Source of the DNA: Candidatus Komeilibacteria bacterium
Lineage (GTDB): Bacteria; Patescibacteriota; Patescibacteriia; UBA1558; 2-01-FULL-52-15
Assembly (NCBI GenBank): GCA_043801745.1
Contig: JAZDLR010000010.1
Span: 10,509-74,508 of the forward strand
DNA length: 64,000 nucleotides
Reading direction: 5' to 3'
The notes under the pieces were generated by a model, which saw only the letters and a program-made list of their open reading frames with translations, had not been told where the DNA came from and did no database searches. This document shows positions 25,467-35,600 of this stretch, piece after piece. Each line of letters opens with the position of its first letter. Position 1 is the first letter of the stretch. A program made the translations under genes and the position numbers.

Positions 25467-26201
25467 TTAAGATGTTGGTGTGGTAGTCGCAGCCGCTGTC
25501 GTCAGACGGTAGTAGGTCTTCAGAATGATCTGAAATCCCGGGAAGACTCCGGATTTAGCGTCAGCCGGATCAAACGCGACCGACTGAACATCATAGAGCC
25601 GCAAATTAGATTCTAGAGCAGACAATAAATTCTTAATTTGGGTATAATCACCCGGACCAACACCGATGGTTAGCTGCAAACTACGGACATTTTTGGGCAA
25701 GACTTCAATTAGTTTTTCCGCCGGTTGCTGCGCCTTCTGTGCCGTTGGCGTGCGGCGTTCACTGACGGGTGTCTCCACGGGCTTGGTAATATCAATCCCT
25801 TTTAACTTCAGGCCGTTAGCCCGGACCAAAACATCAGCCTGAACAAAGAGAGAGGCATAATCCGGTTCAGTGGGAATTACCGCCGAAACCCGATTAATAT
25901 CCTGCTGCCGCGACTGCCGCAAAGCTGTATATTCCTCGTTTAACTTCAGTAATTTTTCTTGCAGATCACTGAGGTCGGTTAAGGTCTGCTGACGGCCAGG
26001 TAAAAAAGTCTGACTTTTATTATAAAGGGCGATAAATTTGGGTCCTAAAATAAACCAATAAACCAAGCCTATAATTATAATTACCGCCAAGGCAATTAAC
26101 CACCACAGATAGACGTTAATCAACTGCAAGAGCTGACCGGCATTTTCCAGCGCTATCTTAGGCTTGGTAACTGGTTTTCTATTGTTGAGTTGAGCTGGCA
26201 T
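25467..26201 (-). CDS. pilO: PilO-like pilus assembly protein
   Basis: Single transmembrane segment, then a coiled-coil region (LTDLSDLQEKLLKLNEEYTALRQ), then a periplasmic domain. Operon position after pilN. Confidence 0.55.
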   Translation of the reverse strand: MPAQLNNRKPVTKPKIALENAGQLLQLINVYLWWLIALAVIIIIGLVYWFILGPKFIALYNKSQTFLPGRQQTLTDLSDLQEKLLKLNEEYTALRQSRQQDINRVSAVIPTEPDYASLFVQADVLVRANGLKLKGIDITKPVETPVSERRTPTAQKAQQPAEKLIEVLPKNVRSLQLTIGVGPGDYTQIKNLLSALESNLRLYDVQSVAFDPADAKSGVFPGFQIILKTYYRLTTAAATTTPTS

Positions 26202-27591
26202 GAGCGTAATAAAAAAGCTGATTATTCAGTTGCAGATCAATGGAAAAAGTCACTCCCGACCCGGAGTCTTGAACACTATTAATATTGACAGAAGTAATAA
26301 ATTCTTTAGCTTCGGGCGACTGCAGCAATTTCAGTTGCCGGGCCGCTGTCATAAAATCTGTGCCGTGAGCAGTCAAAGTCAAATTTCCACTTATGCCTGA
26401 AGCAAAACGGTCAAAATAAACATCAGTCACAGTATACTTCTCCAACAAGGTAAAAAATTGAGTCCAGTAGATATGTTTGCCTAATAAAGATTCAATATCC
26501 CGGATCTGATTCTCAATAGCCGCTATCTGATCCTTCAGCCCCTGAAATTTAAGAATTTCCGTTTCCGCTGTCTGGATCTTGGTATCAACTTCAGCTGTCT
26601 GCCGCTCAATCTCCCGATCCCACAACAGCAGGCCGCCATATGCCGCTGCCATTACTATTACTGTCACAATGATAGCCGTAAAAAATATTGATTGTACCTG
26701 AGACCAGCTTTTGACCGTAATGGAAGTCGGAATCAAATTAACGCCAAAAACCGACTTGGGATGATCCTTACTTTTGATCTTAGCGGTAAAAACTCCCGTG
26801 GGGAAATGAAAGCCCTTAGCGGCCGGCTTGTCCGGAGTTTCCGGCGCTGACGGAACCGGCGGCTTGACCACCGGCACGGCCGGTAAGAGCTTTTCCGCCA
26901 CTTCTTCCGGCTGGGGCGGCTGCGGTGGCAAAGCAGGAGTTATTGGTTCAACCGGTGGTTGCTGTGGTAACGGCACCGGAACCGCTTCCGGCTTGACCAA
27001 GGGTACTTCGGGCAGCTCCTGGGAAATTTTCATATCGGGCTTAGGTATACTAATGGCGGCCGCTTCTGAGACCAGCTCGGTCTTATTCCCAGCTGGCTGA
27101 CCAGCGGAATCAATGTCCATATCGCCGATCTGACGTTCCAAATTGTGTTGCTTCTGACGCCGTTCCTGATTAAAAATACTGTTATCATTCTCCGGCAAAG
27201 GCAGCCCTTTCTTCTGAAAGACCTCCCGAAGTATATGGTGACGCAAAGCTTCTTCTTTGGCCCGTTCCAATTCTTCTTGCTCTTGCCGTTTCTTGCTGGG
27301 AATTAAACGGAAAGACAATTTACTCTTCGGTAGTTCACCGGCCTCCGATTTAACCTTTATCTTCTTGGCCTTCGGTTGACGGCCAAACCAAGAACGAAAA
27401 GAAAACCACGGCACCTTACCTTCGGGTACGTCGGCGTCAATTTTTTTGGGTCGCCGCAATTCCACTTGCTGTTCCGGCGTTGAAGCCAATTCCTTGACTT
27501 CTTTCTGACGCATATCATCGGGCAGCAGATTAATGCCGCTTTTCTCGTCGTTTTGTTTCCAATCAAAATCGGCCATGGTTTTAAATATCAC
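26179..27591 (-). CDS. pilN: PilN-like pilus assembly protein with a roughly 250-aa Pro-rich insertion
   Basis: N-terminal GINLLPDD motif (PilN INLLP). C-terminal transmembrane segment plus coiled coil plus PilN-like domain. Central Pro-rich region (PVPLPQQPPVEPITPALPPQPPQPEE). Confidence 0.6.
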   Translation of the reverse strand: MIFKTMADFDWKQNDEKSGINLLPDDMRQKEVKELASTPEQQVELRRPKKIDADVPEGKVPWFSFRSWFGRQPKAKKIKVKSEAGELPKSKLSFRLIPSKKRQEQEELERAKEEALRHHILREVFQKKGLPLPENDNSIFNQERRQKQHNLERQIGDMDIDSAGQPAGNKTELVSEAAAISIPKPDMKISQELPEVPLVKPEAVPVPLPQQPPVEPITPALPPQPPQPEEVAEKLLPAVPVVKPPVPSAPETPDKPAAKGFHFPTGVFTAKIKSKDHPKSVFGVNLIPTSITVKSWSQVQSIFFTAIIVTVIVMAAAYGGLLLWDREIERQTAEVDTKIQTAETEILKFQGLKDQIAAIENQIRDIESLLGKHIYWTQFFTLLEKYTVTDVYFDRFASGISGNLTLTAHGTDFMTAARQLKLLQSPEAKEFITSVNINSVQDSGSGVTFSIDLQLNNQLFYYAHASSTQQ

Positions 27592-28768
27592 GCATAGCTA
27601 AACCTATTGATGAAGCCATTTGCGGGGCAATACCGTCCAAAACAGGTTTGAGATCCAAAGGATATACTATCCGATCCCAAGGATTACCAATCACTGTCGG
27701 GATTTTAACTAAATCCTGTAAATAATTAGGTAAATTAGGTAGAAAAGCCGAGCCGCCCGCCAGAATCAACTTTTCTAATTTCAGCGTTCCCTGATTTAGA
27801 TATAAGTCATAAACATACTGAATCTCGTGGACAATCGGAGCCAAACTATCAGTAATCGTTTTCGGTATTCCCCGGTTACCGTCAGTCGACATAACACCGA
27901 AATCAATTTTAAATTGTTCGGCCCGTTCAAAAGCCACATTCAGACTATTCATGATAGCCTTAGTAATATTGTAGCCGCCAATATCCAGTCCCCGGTTGAG
28001 AATCGGCACGCCTTTTTCAATAATCACAATGTCAGTGGACAATGAACCAATGTCCACAATCATTGTCGGTGTCTCATCATTGCCAATTAAAGAACGTGAC
28101 AGGGCAAAAGCTTCAGTTTCCAAGGAAAGCAAATCTAACTTGACTGATTTAAAAATTTCCAAATACTTGGCCACTAATTGCTTGGGTGCCGCGGTCAGCA
28201 GCAGGCGGATATTTTCTTTTTCCGATTGCGCCACCTTGGCCATGGCTCGTTGCTGCTCACGGGTATCCTTGGCTTGTTCTTTGGCCAGCTCTTTTGCTTG
28301 CTCTTCCGGTGACAGCTCTTTTTTCTTTTTGCCAAAAAGAGAGCTGAGATCTTGGGACAACAAAGGATTACCCGAACCCAAAACATTGGCTTCGCTTTCG
28401 GCCAAAACCTTCCAGTCTAATATCATTTCCTCCAAGGGAAGGGGTATAAATTTCTTAGCTTCCCAACGTACGGCCGCTGCCAAATCCTTGCGTGACATCC
28501 GCGGTAAACTAATAATGGAGTTGAAAACAGCGAATGTCGGCAGGGCGGCAATGCAAACATTTGTGCTAACCTTAGCCTTTTTTACTAAGGCTTCCAGCAC
28601 TTTTGCCACTTTCTGAGTACTGGCCGGATTATTGCTCCGAACCAGATCCGTTTCCACTTCAGCAAAACCATAAGTAACTAAAGCCGGCTGGCCATTTTGA
28701 TTAGCCAGCTCGACAATTTTAATGCTTGAAGTTCCGATATCAACCCCTAAATAACTCTTCCTAGCCAT
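27581..28768 (-). CDS. pilM: PilM (actin-like ATPase of the pilus assembly platform)
   Basis: YLGVDIGTSSIKIVEL and a second phosphate motif DIGSLSTDIVI. 395 aa. First gene of the operon. Confidence 0.8.
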   Translation of the reverse strand: MARKSYLGVDIGTSSIKIVELANQNGQPALVTYGFAEVETDLVRSNNPASTQKVAKVLEALVKKAKVSTNVCIAALPTFAVFNSIISLPRMSRKDLAAAVRWEAKKFIPLPLEEMILDWKVLAESEANVLGSGNPLLSQDLSSLFGKKKKELSPEEQAKELAKEQAKDTREQQRAMAKVAQSEKENIRLLLTAAPKQLVAKYLEIFKSVKLDLLSLETEAFALSRSLIGNDETPTMIVDIGSLSTDIVIIEKGVPILNRGLDIGGYNITKAIMNSLNVAFERAEQFKIDFGVMSTDGNRGIPKTITDSLAPIVHEIQYVYDLYLNQGTLKLEKLILAGGSAFLPNLPNYLQDLVKIPTVIGNPWDRIVYPLDLKPVLDGIAPQMASSIGLAMRDI

Positions 28769-28878
28769 GAAATAATATTAGCTGAAATTTGCCTTTATAA
28801 ACAAATACACAAGTGTAAAAACTTGTGTTTATTATACCATAAACAGATTGTGGACGGTAGGTAAGTAGAAGTCAGGAA

Positions 28879-28904
28879 TTAGGAGTTAGGCGTTAGGTTC
28901 TTAG
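28879..28904. repeat. Heptamer tandem repeat (TTAGGnn) x4, same family as 15945 and 55765 in inverted orientation
   Basis: ttaggag ttaggcg ttaggtt cttag. About 110 nt upstream of pilM. Confidence 0.5.
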
Positions 28905-28920
28905 CAAGAGTCTATCTGAC

Positions 28921-29040
28921 TACCACCTATCACCGCCTTTGGCGGGATCCCGCCTTCATTAGAATCGACAAACTGTGGCGGGACAACCTATTTCCTAATG
29001 CCTCGCCCACAGGGCGACCGCCCTGTGGGCGGTAAAACCT
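28921..29040. repeat. Cluster of GC-rich perfect palindromes (REP-like)
   Basis: ccgcctttggcgg, and cgcccacagggcg-ac-cgccctgtgggcg (13-bp arms). Intergenic. Confidence 0.4.
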
Positions 29041-29042
29041 GA

Positions 29043-31133
29043 TTAAAAGCCGAAACTAAACCGCGGCAACGACTTACTGAAATCTGTCATTCCGGCCGGC
29101 GGGTTAGCCTGTAAACGGCCGTCAGCGATAAATATTTCCGCCGGTTCGTTCTTCAGGGCGCCGGAATAACTGCGCTGCAAATTGAATTGCTTGGCAACAA
29201 CATTGCCGTAGATTGAAAGTTGGCGTGGCGTTGACCGGTCATTACCGGTACTGAAACGTCCGCAACCACCGGACGCCGGCGGATTTAAAGCATCAGTAAT
29301 CGCCGGACAAGAACTGTGATCTATCTTACTACCCAAAACAATGAAAGTACCGGCCAAATTTGTTACACCAGGATCAATAGTAACATCGCCCATAACTATC
29401 CAAACCAGGGAGGGAATATGTTGAGTCCGGGTTAATCCCGTCGTTCCGGAGTGATAGATAACATCTCTATTAATTGTCAGATCACCAGCAACATAGATGA
29501 TGCCCGCTCCGGATTCGTTCGTGCTGCCATTATAGACACTAAAAGGATGATTGATAATCAAATCAGAAGCCGCGTAATAAACTTTGTTTTTCAAAACAAG
29601 CTGAAGATTGTCAACAAAATCAGAGCTTTCAATCTCCTCAATCGGAGCCGCGTATTTATTAATCTTCTGCGTTGCTGATCCAACATTTTTACTAATGCCG
29701 CCCCAATCAATAATACCAATGGTACTAGTTGACTGGCTAGTATTCGGATCATAGCCCAAGAAACTGGGGGCGTTGGGCAGAAACTCCCGCTCCAAAGTTG
29801 GACCTCCTGATGACGACCAGCGGGTAATCCTACCCTTAGCATCAATCAGATAAGTGGCATTAGACTGTCCTTCGGGTGGCGTTAAATAAGATAAAATATT
29901 ATTTTCTGAATAAACACTCCCGCGCTGCGCTTGCGTAAAGGGCGTAGCCGACCCGTAGACAACAGGATTAAAAGCAATCCAACCAAAACCTGAAAGCGTG
30001 CCGGAATTATCCCAGGCATTATAGCCCCAACCGCACAGTTCAGCTGCTGACTTGGTGTAATTACACTTATTACCAGGGCCACATTGCCCGTCATTGACGC
30101 AATAAGTGGCATCCGAGTTACAACTGGGATAATAATTTACCACCACACCGCCCCGTCGGTAACAGGTGCAGGAGCTGGCCTTACAACGATTAGCCGTGCT
30201 GGTGCATGATCCGCCGTAAACAGTAGTCTGACATTGAGTACAATTAACGCATAAAATATTAGGATTGGGCGCCAAGGTAGCATCATTATATCCATCATTG
30301 ACCAAATAGCAGCCCTTACAAGCATTATTGTAGCCAGAAGTTCCTGACCAACAACCAAAACAGCCAGACACTTCGGCATTACTCGGTAGAGAAACTACAG
30401 CGGCACTACTAGTAAAATCCGCCGGAAAACCAATATAAGCCCGGCTTTGATCGTCATCTTGTGATAAGTTAAGAACCGCGGCCCGGGCATCTTTTTGCGC
30501 GTCGCTATTAACAATAGTATCCGCATCGCCAGTAGCAGGATTGATGCTGCTTTTTAAATAATAAACTTGCGTTCCGCTAATTTGTTCAATTTTTACTCCC
30601 AACGGATTTAATTTACCGCAAATTTTGTCATAAGTTTCTACCGCAGTAGCAGTAGGACAAACTACTGTCACATCAGTTGTTGTATCAGGACTTTTAGCAA
30701 TTTCCTGACTAAAACAAACCCAACCATAGATGCCTGACCAGGCACAACCTTGAAGATAATCATTAACTCCGTCCAAGGTTAGTTCATTACTGCTATTAAC
30801 CCGGTTTTTGGTATTAGTGCCGTTAATGTTTACTGTTAAACCGTAATTATATTTTGTCGACCCTTCGGGAGTTCCGTCATTAACTCCGCACTGAGATTCC
30901 AGTACGCCATTATTATCAAAATCATTAAGACAGTTAGTGCTTAACCAACCCAAACCATAAAGTTCACCCTGGTTGCCCGAAGTAGTATCTCTCTGACCAC
31001 TCCAAGCCCATTTATGCACCACATCGGCTGAAGTGGCCCAAACTTGAGGTAAGAAGCGCCAGGTTAGACCCAAGACTACAACGATAATAGCCAAAGTGCT
31101 AAATAATTTGGAATGTCGCGACATTAGGTGCAT
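29043..31133 (-). CDS. Large secreted cysteine-rich protein (696 aa) with internal G[LFY]GW[ILV]xF repeats
   Basis: Signal-anchor N-terminus. More than 30 Cys. Repeated ELYGLGWLSTNC, SGIYGWVCFS and SGFGWIAFNP motifs. Confidence 0.5.
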   Translation of the reverse strand: MHLMSRHSKLFSTLAIIVVVLGLTWRFLPQVWATSADVVHKWAWSGQRDTTSGNQGELYGLGWLSTNCLNDFDNNGVLESQCGVNDGTPEGSTKYNYGLTVNINGTNTKNRVNSSNELTLDGVNDYLQGCAWSGIYGWVCFSQEIAKSPDTTTDVTVVCPTATAVETYDKICGKLNPLGVKIEQISGTQVYYLKSSINPATGDADTIVNSDAQKDARAAVLNLSQDDDQSRAYIGFPADFTSSAAVVSLPSNAEVSGCFGCWSGTSGYNNACKGCYLVNDGYNDATLAPNPNILCVNCTQCQTTVYGGSCTSTANRCKASSCTCYRRGGVVVNYYPSCNSDATYCVNDGQCGPGNKCNYTKSAAELCGWGYNAWDNSGTLSGFGWIAFNPVVYGSATPFTQAQRGSVYSENNILSYLTPPEGQSNATYLIDAKGRITRWSSSGGPTLEREFLPNAPSFLGYDPNTSQSTSTIGIIDWGGISKNVGSATQKINKYAAPIEEIESSDFVDNLQLVLKNKVYYAASDLIINHPFSVYNGSTNESGAGIIYVAGDLTINRDVIYHSGTTGLTRTQHIPSLVWIVMGDVTIDPGVTNLAGTFIVLGSKIDHSSCPAITDALNPPASGGCGRFSTGNDRSTPRQLSIYGNVVAKQFNLQRSYSGALKNEPAEIFIADGRLQANPPAGMTDFSKSLPRFSFGF

Positions 31134-32671
31134 ACTCCGTCCGCCTTACAGGCATTAATAATCTGCAGCAAATCAGCTTCATTCAGACGTATACCGTTAA
31201 TTAGTAAACCGTTAGTACTAACACCGACAGAACCATTAATTACAGCCCCGGGATTGGCCACTGTAACATTAGTACTGACATACAGTTCATTACCCAGATA
31301 ACTATTGCCGGCCACCGTGACAGAGTTGGCCCGCAAATTACCAATAGTTGCCTGTGTTACACGGGTAGCGCCGGCTACATCCAGCACATATTGCGGCGAG
31401 GCCGTGCCAATGCCGACATTAGATAACCACTGACTTCCGGACAAATAATTATTAAAATAAATATTATAGTCATTATTTTTCTGCCAATGATCACTATTGC
31501 CGACCGACTTACTCCAGCCGCAATCAGTACTATTGGCAGTGCATAATTTTTTATCACCCCAATATAAGTCGTCACTGGCCGGCAGCAAGGAGCTAAACGC
31601 TAAAGTATTCTCCTCTTTGGCCAGCTGGACTCTAGCCGCGTACTGGCCGGCGACTTGACCCGTTACTTGCAGCTGGCCGGAAATACGCGCCGCCCAACCC
31701 GAGGTGCTGGCTGCGATTAACCCCGGAGCTTCAGCTGCTCCCAGATGATTAGCGTAGATACCGGTTGTGCCCGGCTTATCCGACAAAGTTTTTCCATTAA
31801 GAGCCGAGGTCACGCCGCGGGAGCCGCTACCGTTATTGGTCACGCGGGTTCCGGCATCAATACCGGTATGCATGGTGGCTACGGCTGATTCGTTAGCTAA
31901 AGCGGAAGAAGCGCCGATAATGCGGTTAGACTGTAAATTCAGATTCATCAGGCCTTGGTGTGGATTAACCAAACCCAGATTATCATGCACCGTATAACCG
32001 GTACTGCCAAAACCGCAACGACCGGAACTATCTGGACTGCATAACAAAGCCTGACCAAAATATAATTTACTATTTAAGCCACTGGCTGATGCCGTTGCTA
32101 AACGGTCCAAAGAATTAGCTCCAATTTGCAGGTGAGCCGTACTGGACATTGAAGCGTCAAGCAGTGTCAAACGACTGGAAATAATACCGCTGACTAATCC
32201 CTCCGGTACAGTATCTCCACCTGGCGAGTCAACCCACAGGCCATATCCTGAAGCAGCTGCTCCGCGGGAAAAGGCTCCCAAAGCCGGCTTGACAGTTGAT
32301 TGGCTGCGGACAGATACGGCAATACCATTTTCAGCGCTGACCTGTGCGCCTGGACTCTTAGACTCTTTGGAGCTTTCCGCCTCTAAAGCTGGTTTAGACT
32401 CGCCGTTATTACCAATAGATGTGATCGGCCACTGATCCATATTCAGATTATAACGCGCTTTATGCGACCAGAGAGCGCAACCAGTAACATCATTAATACA
32501 CAGTTGACCCGTGCCTCCTAAATTATCACCCATCAGGACGATCGGTGGAATAATTTGATCCGGCGGCTTAGAATCAGCCGCTCTCCAGGTCTGCGCTTCC
32601 AGCAACTGAATACTGGCTGCTGTTAGAGCCAGCGCTAGAGATAGTCCAATAATAGTTCGTAATTTAAACAT
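31124..32671 (-). CDS. Secreted protein (515 aa), paralog of the two downstream LVIVD proteins in its N-terminal motif
   Basis: Signal peptide. Shared motif DLYWGDKKLCTANSTDCGWS and SHKARYNLNMDQWPITSIGNNG. Confidence 0.5.
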   Translation of the reverse strand: MFKLRTIIGLSLALALTAASIQLLEAQTWRAADSKPPDQIIPPIVLMGDNLGGTGQLCINDVTGCALWSHKARYNLNMDQWPITSIGNNGESKPALEAESSKESKSPGAQVSAENGIAVSVRSQSTVKPALGAFSRGAAASGYGLWVDSPGGDTVPEGLVSGIISSRLTLLDASMSSTAHLQIGANSLDRLATASASGLNSKLYFGQALLCSPDSSGRCGFGSTGYTVHDNLGLVNPHQGLMNLNLQSNRIIGASSALANESAVATMHTGIDAGTRVTNNGSGSRGVTSALNGKTLSDKPGTTGIYANHLGAAEAPGLIAASTSGWAARISGQLQVTGQVAGQYAARVQLAKEENTLAFSSLLPASDDLYWGDKKLCTANSTDCGWSKSVGNSDHWQKNNDYNIYFNNYLSGSQWLSNVGIGTASPQYVLDVAGATRVTQATIGNLRANSVTVAGNSYLGNELYVSTNVTVANPGAVINGSVGVSTNGLLINGIRLNEADLLQIINACKADGVCT

Positions 32672-32672
32672 A

Positions 32673-35600
32673 CTAGTGGTTTATCAGCCAATCGATCAAT
32701 TGTACTAAGGTAGTGTTAGTCAGGGTGGTACTGCCGATTTTGATAGAACCGCCGACAATTAACGGACCGCCGGTAACAGTCAAATTACCGCCCACGACCA
32801 AGCCGCTGGAAGAATATAAATTACCCGCGCTAAATTGTCCGCTGATAGCCGCGCTGTCAATAGCCGCCGAACCAGCTGCTAAAGTCTGTAACCGGGCGCT
32901 GGGTAAGCGGATCGTAACCAGACTGTCATATAAAGAACTTTGAAAGGTATAGGCATAATTACCGCTGACAGCTATATTGTCGCCGACAAACTGCGCCAGA
33001 AAAAATAGCGAAGCCGGACCAACTTCCGGAATACTGCTTGACGGATCTTCAACGGAAAATATCTTCATTCGGGCAGAGTCAGTAACATACAAATAATTTC
33101 CCACTAAAACCATATTTTTGGCTTGCGATAAACCGGCTGATGTCTTGATTAGTGTTGGGCTGGCCGGATTGGATACATCTAAAGCATAAATTGCGCTATC
33201 AAAGAGGACATAGGCGATTTTATCTCTAACAATAACTTTCGTAGCTTGATGGGAACTAACAGTATAGCTGCCGGATAACGTCAGGCCAGCCGGGTTACTA
33301 ATATCAACAATACGGAAACCGGAACTATCGCGCGCAACGTAAGCATACTTACCCTGAATAAAAAGATCTTTTCCTCCTTGCGCAATACTGCTAATAGCTA
33401 GTGGATTATCAGGCCGGGAAATATCAAATGAGTACAATCCGCTACTGGTTAATACATAGAGAATAGATCCGGAAGCAATGGTCTTAACCACACCGTAAGC
33501 CGAGGCACCAACCGTAACTGTCCGCACAAATTGCGGACTAGCAGGATTAGTGACATTAATGACATCTAGGGCGGTCGTGCCATTGGCGGAATAAGCATAG
33601 TGTCCATAAACTCCTAAGCCCGTCCCACCCTGGGAGTTAACTGTCTTACCAACTAACGACGGCTGTGCCGGATTAGCTAAACTGTAAACTAATAAATTTC
33701 CAGCGCCTCCTTGATGAGCGCTAACATAAAGATAAGTATCATCCACAAATACCGAATTAGCATTGACGATTAATTGACCGTCAGTAATCGCAATATCAGA
33801 GGTAGTATCTACCAGCAGATCTAATTTCTGCCGCGGCTTAGCTGACTGCCCACCAAGACTGACCAGATAATCCGCGTAAGTATCATTACCCACTGCCTGC
33901 CAAAAACTACTGGCAATCGAACCGCCAATAGCCCAGCCGCAGTTAGCCTGAGTCGCGTCACATAATAACTTATCACCCCAATATAAATTATTAGAAGCCG
34001 TACTCGTAGCCTTTTGCAGTGATAAACGGTTTTCGTCCGAATTCAGTATCAATTGAGCCGGCACATTAACATCACGGTCATCAATAATTTGTGTCTTACC
34101 AAATAATCTGGCTCCAGGACCGGCAACAGAATTGGCATTAATGCCATAACCCAAGCCAGCACCATAACCCAGCGCGGCTGTGGGCTGAGCGAAAGTTAAA
34201 GCTAAAGCACTGGACGGAGAAATTAAAGCTCCGCGGTAATAAGCTGCCCGCTCACCGACTATGAAAGCATCCCAATTACTAGTTGTTGAATTCCAAACGT
34301 ATGATGTTCCATCGGAATTATTAATATAAATCTTACCATCGAAGTAATAAACATCTGTTATCCCGTGAGGAGGACCACTACCAGCCCCAGAACCAACAAG
34401 GGTCCAATTAGTACCATCATATTTCCATAGTCCGGAATCATCACTGCCAACATAAAGATCGTCACCAACAAATGTCCAACCAGTATCATAATTACCACCC
34501 GAACCAACACCACCAATATTATAACCACCAGTTATATTCACCAGCGTACTGCCATTAAAAGTATAGAATTTCAAGTTCCCGCCAGTCCCATTTCTTTCTG
34601 CCAGAATATATAGCTTATCGCCATGAGCCAATAATTTACTCTGACCATTGCAATCATCCTGACTACCTACTATCAATTCGCGTTTCCAAACAGTGCCGTC
34701 ATAACTTAATAATCGACAATATCTTGAAGCTGAGGAGTCACCAAAACTTAGGGCAAATAATTTATTGCGGTAAACCTCAAGAGAAGCAATATGATTAAAA
34801 TCAATTTCCTGCATTGGGCTGGTACTATCAAGCGTCAGCTGACTATAGGTTAAACAATTATAATTTGCCCCGTCATAAATCAACAAACGGGACGGGGAAT
34901 TCCAATAATAATCGCTTAACGTGTCATATAGCATATTTTTAAATGTTGCCAGACTTCTGGACACATAATCGGCACACGAACCGGCCAAATTGATTTCTTT
35001 GGTAAAATATTGGCTTCCTGGCGACAAGGTACTGGTATAAGGTGTCAAGCCGGAATGACTCACCAGAAAATTATCGTTCCGACCCGGAACATCAGCTATT
35101 CTTGACCCCCAGAATACGCGATCTTTAAATACAACAGGGCTACTAAAAGAAACGTTAATTATAGGAAAGGCAGGAACACCACTCAATCTACTTAAACTAA
35201 TATCCTGTATAGCTGTGTTCCAAGGAATAGTTGTCTGGGCGTAGACTCCGAAATAGTTCTCTGCTCCGCTGCTAAAAGCTGCCGGCACGGCGGCCGAACT
35301 ACCGGCAAATTTATTGGTTGCCGCTAAACTGCTGATTTTCCGCACACCAGTCGCCACCCCGTTGTTATTAGTCACATCATTAGAAACATTGATAATGCGG
35401 AAATTTACGCCGCTATTCTGCATATTCAAATCAAATCGGGCTTTATGGTCACCCAGATTATCGCCCGTACCAACCGAATACCAGCCGCAATTTAACTTGG
35501 TAGTGTCACACAATAAATTATTGCCCCAAAAAAGATGATTACCGGCCTGCACCACACCGGTTGGCTGCCAACCAGCATAAAGCAGATTATTACTGCCGGG

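Noticed and set aside
26828-27100. Gly-rich plus-strand ORF (MSGVSGADGTGGLTTGTAGK...)
   Set aside because: It is the antisense translation of the Pro-rich insert of pilN (CCN codons read as NGG on the opposite strand). No independent signals.
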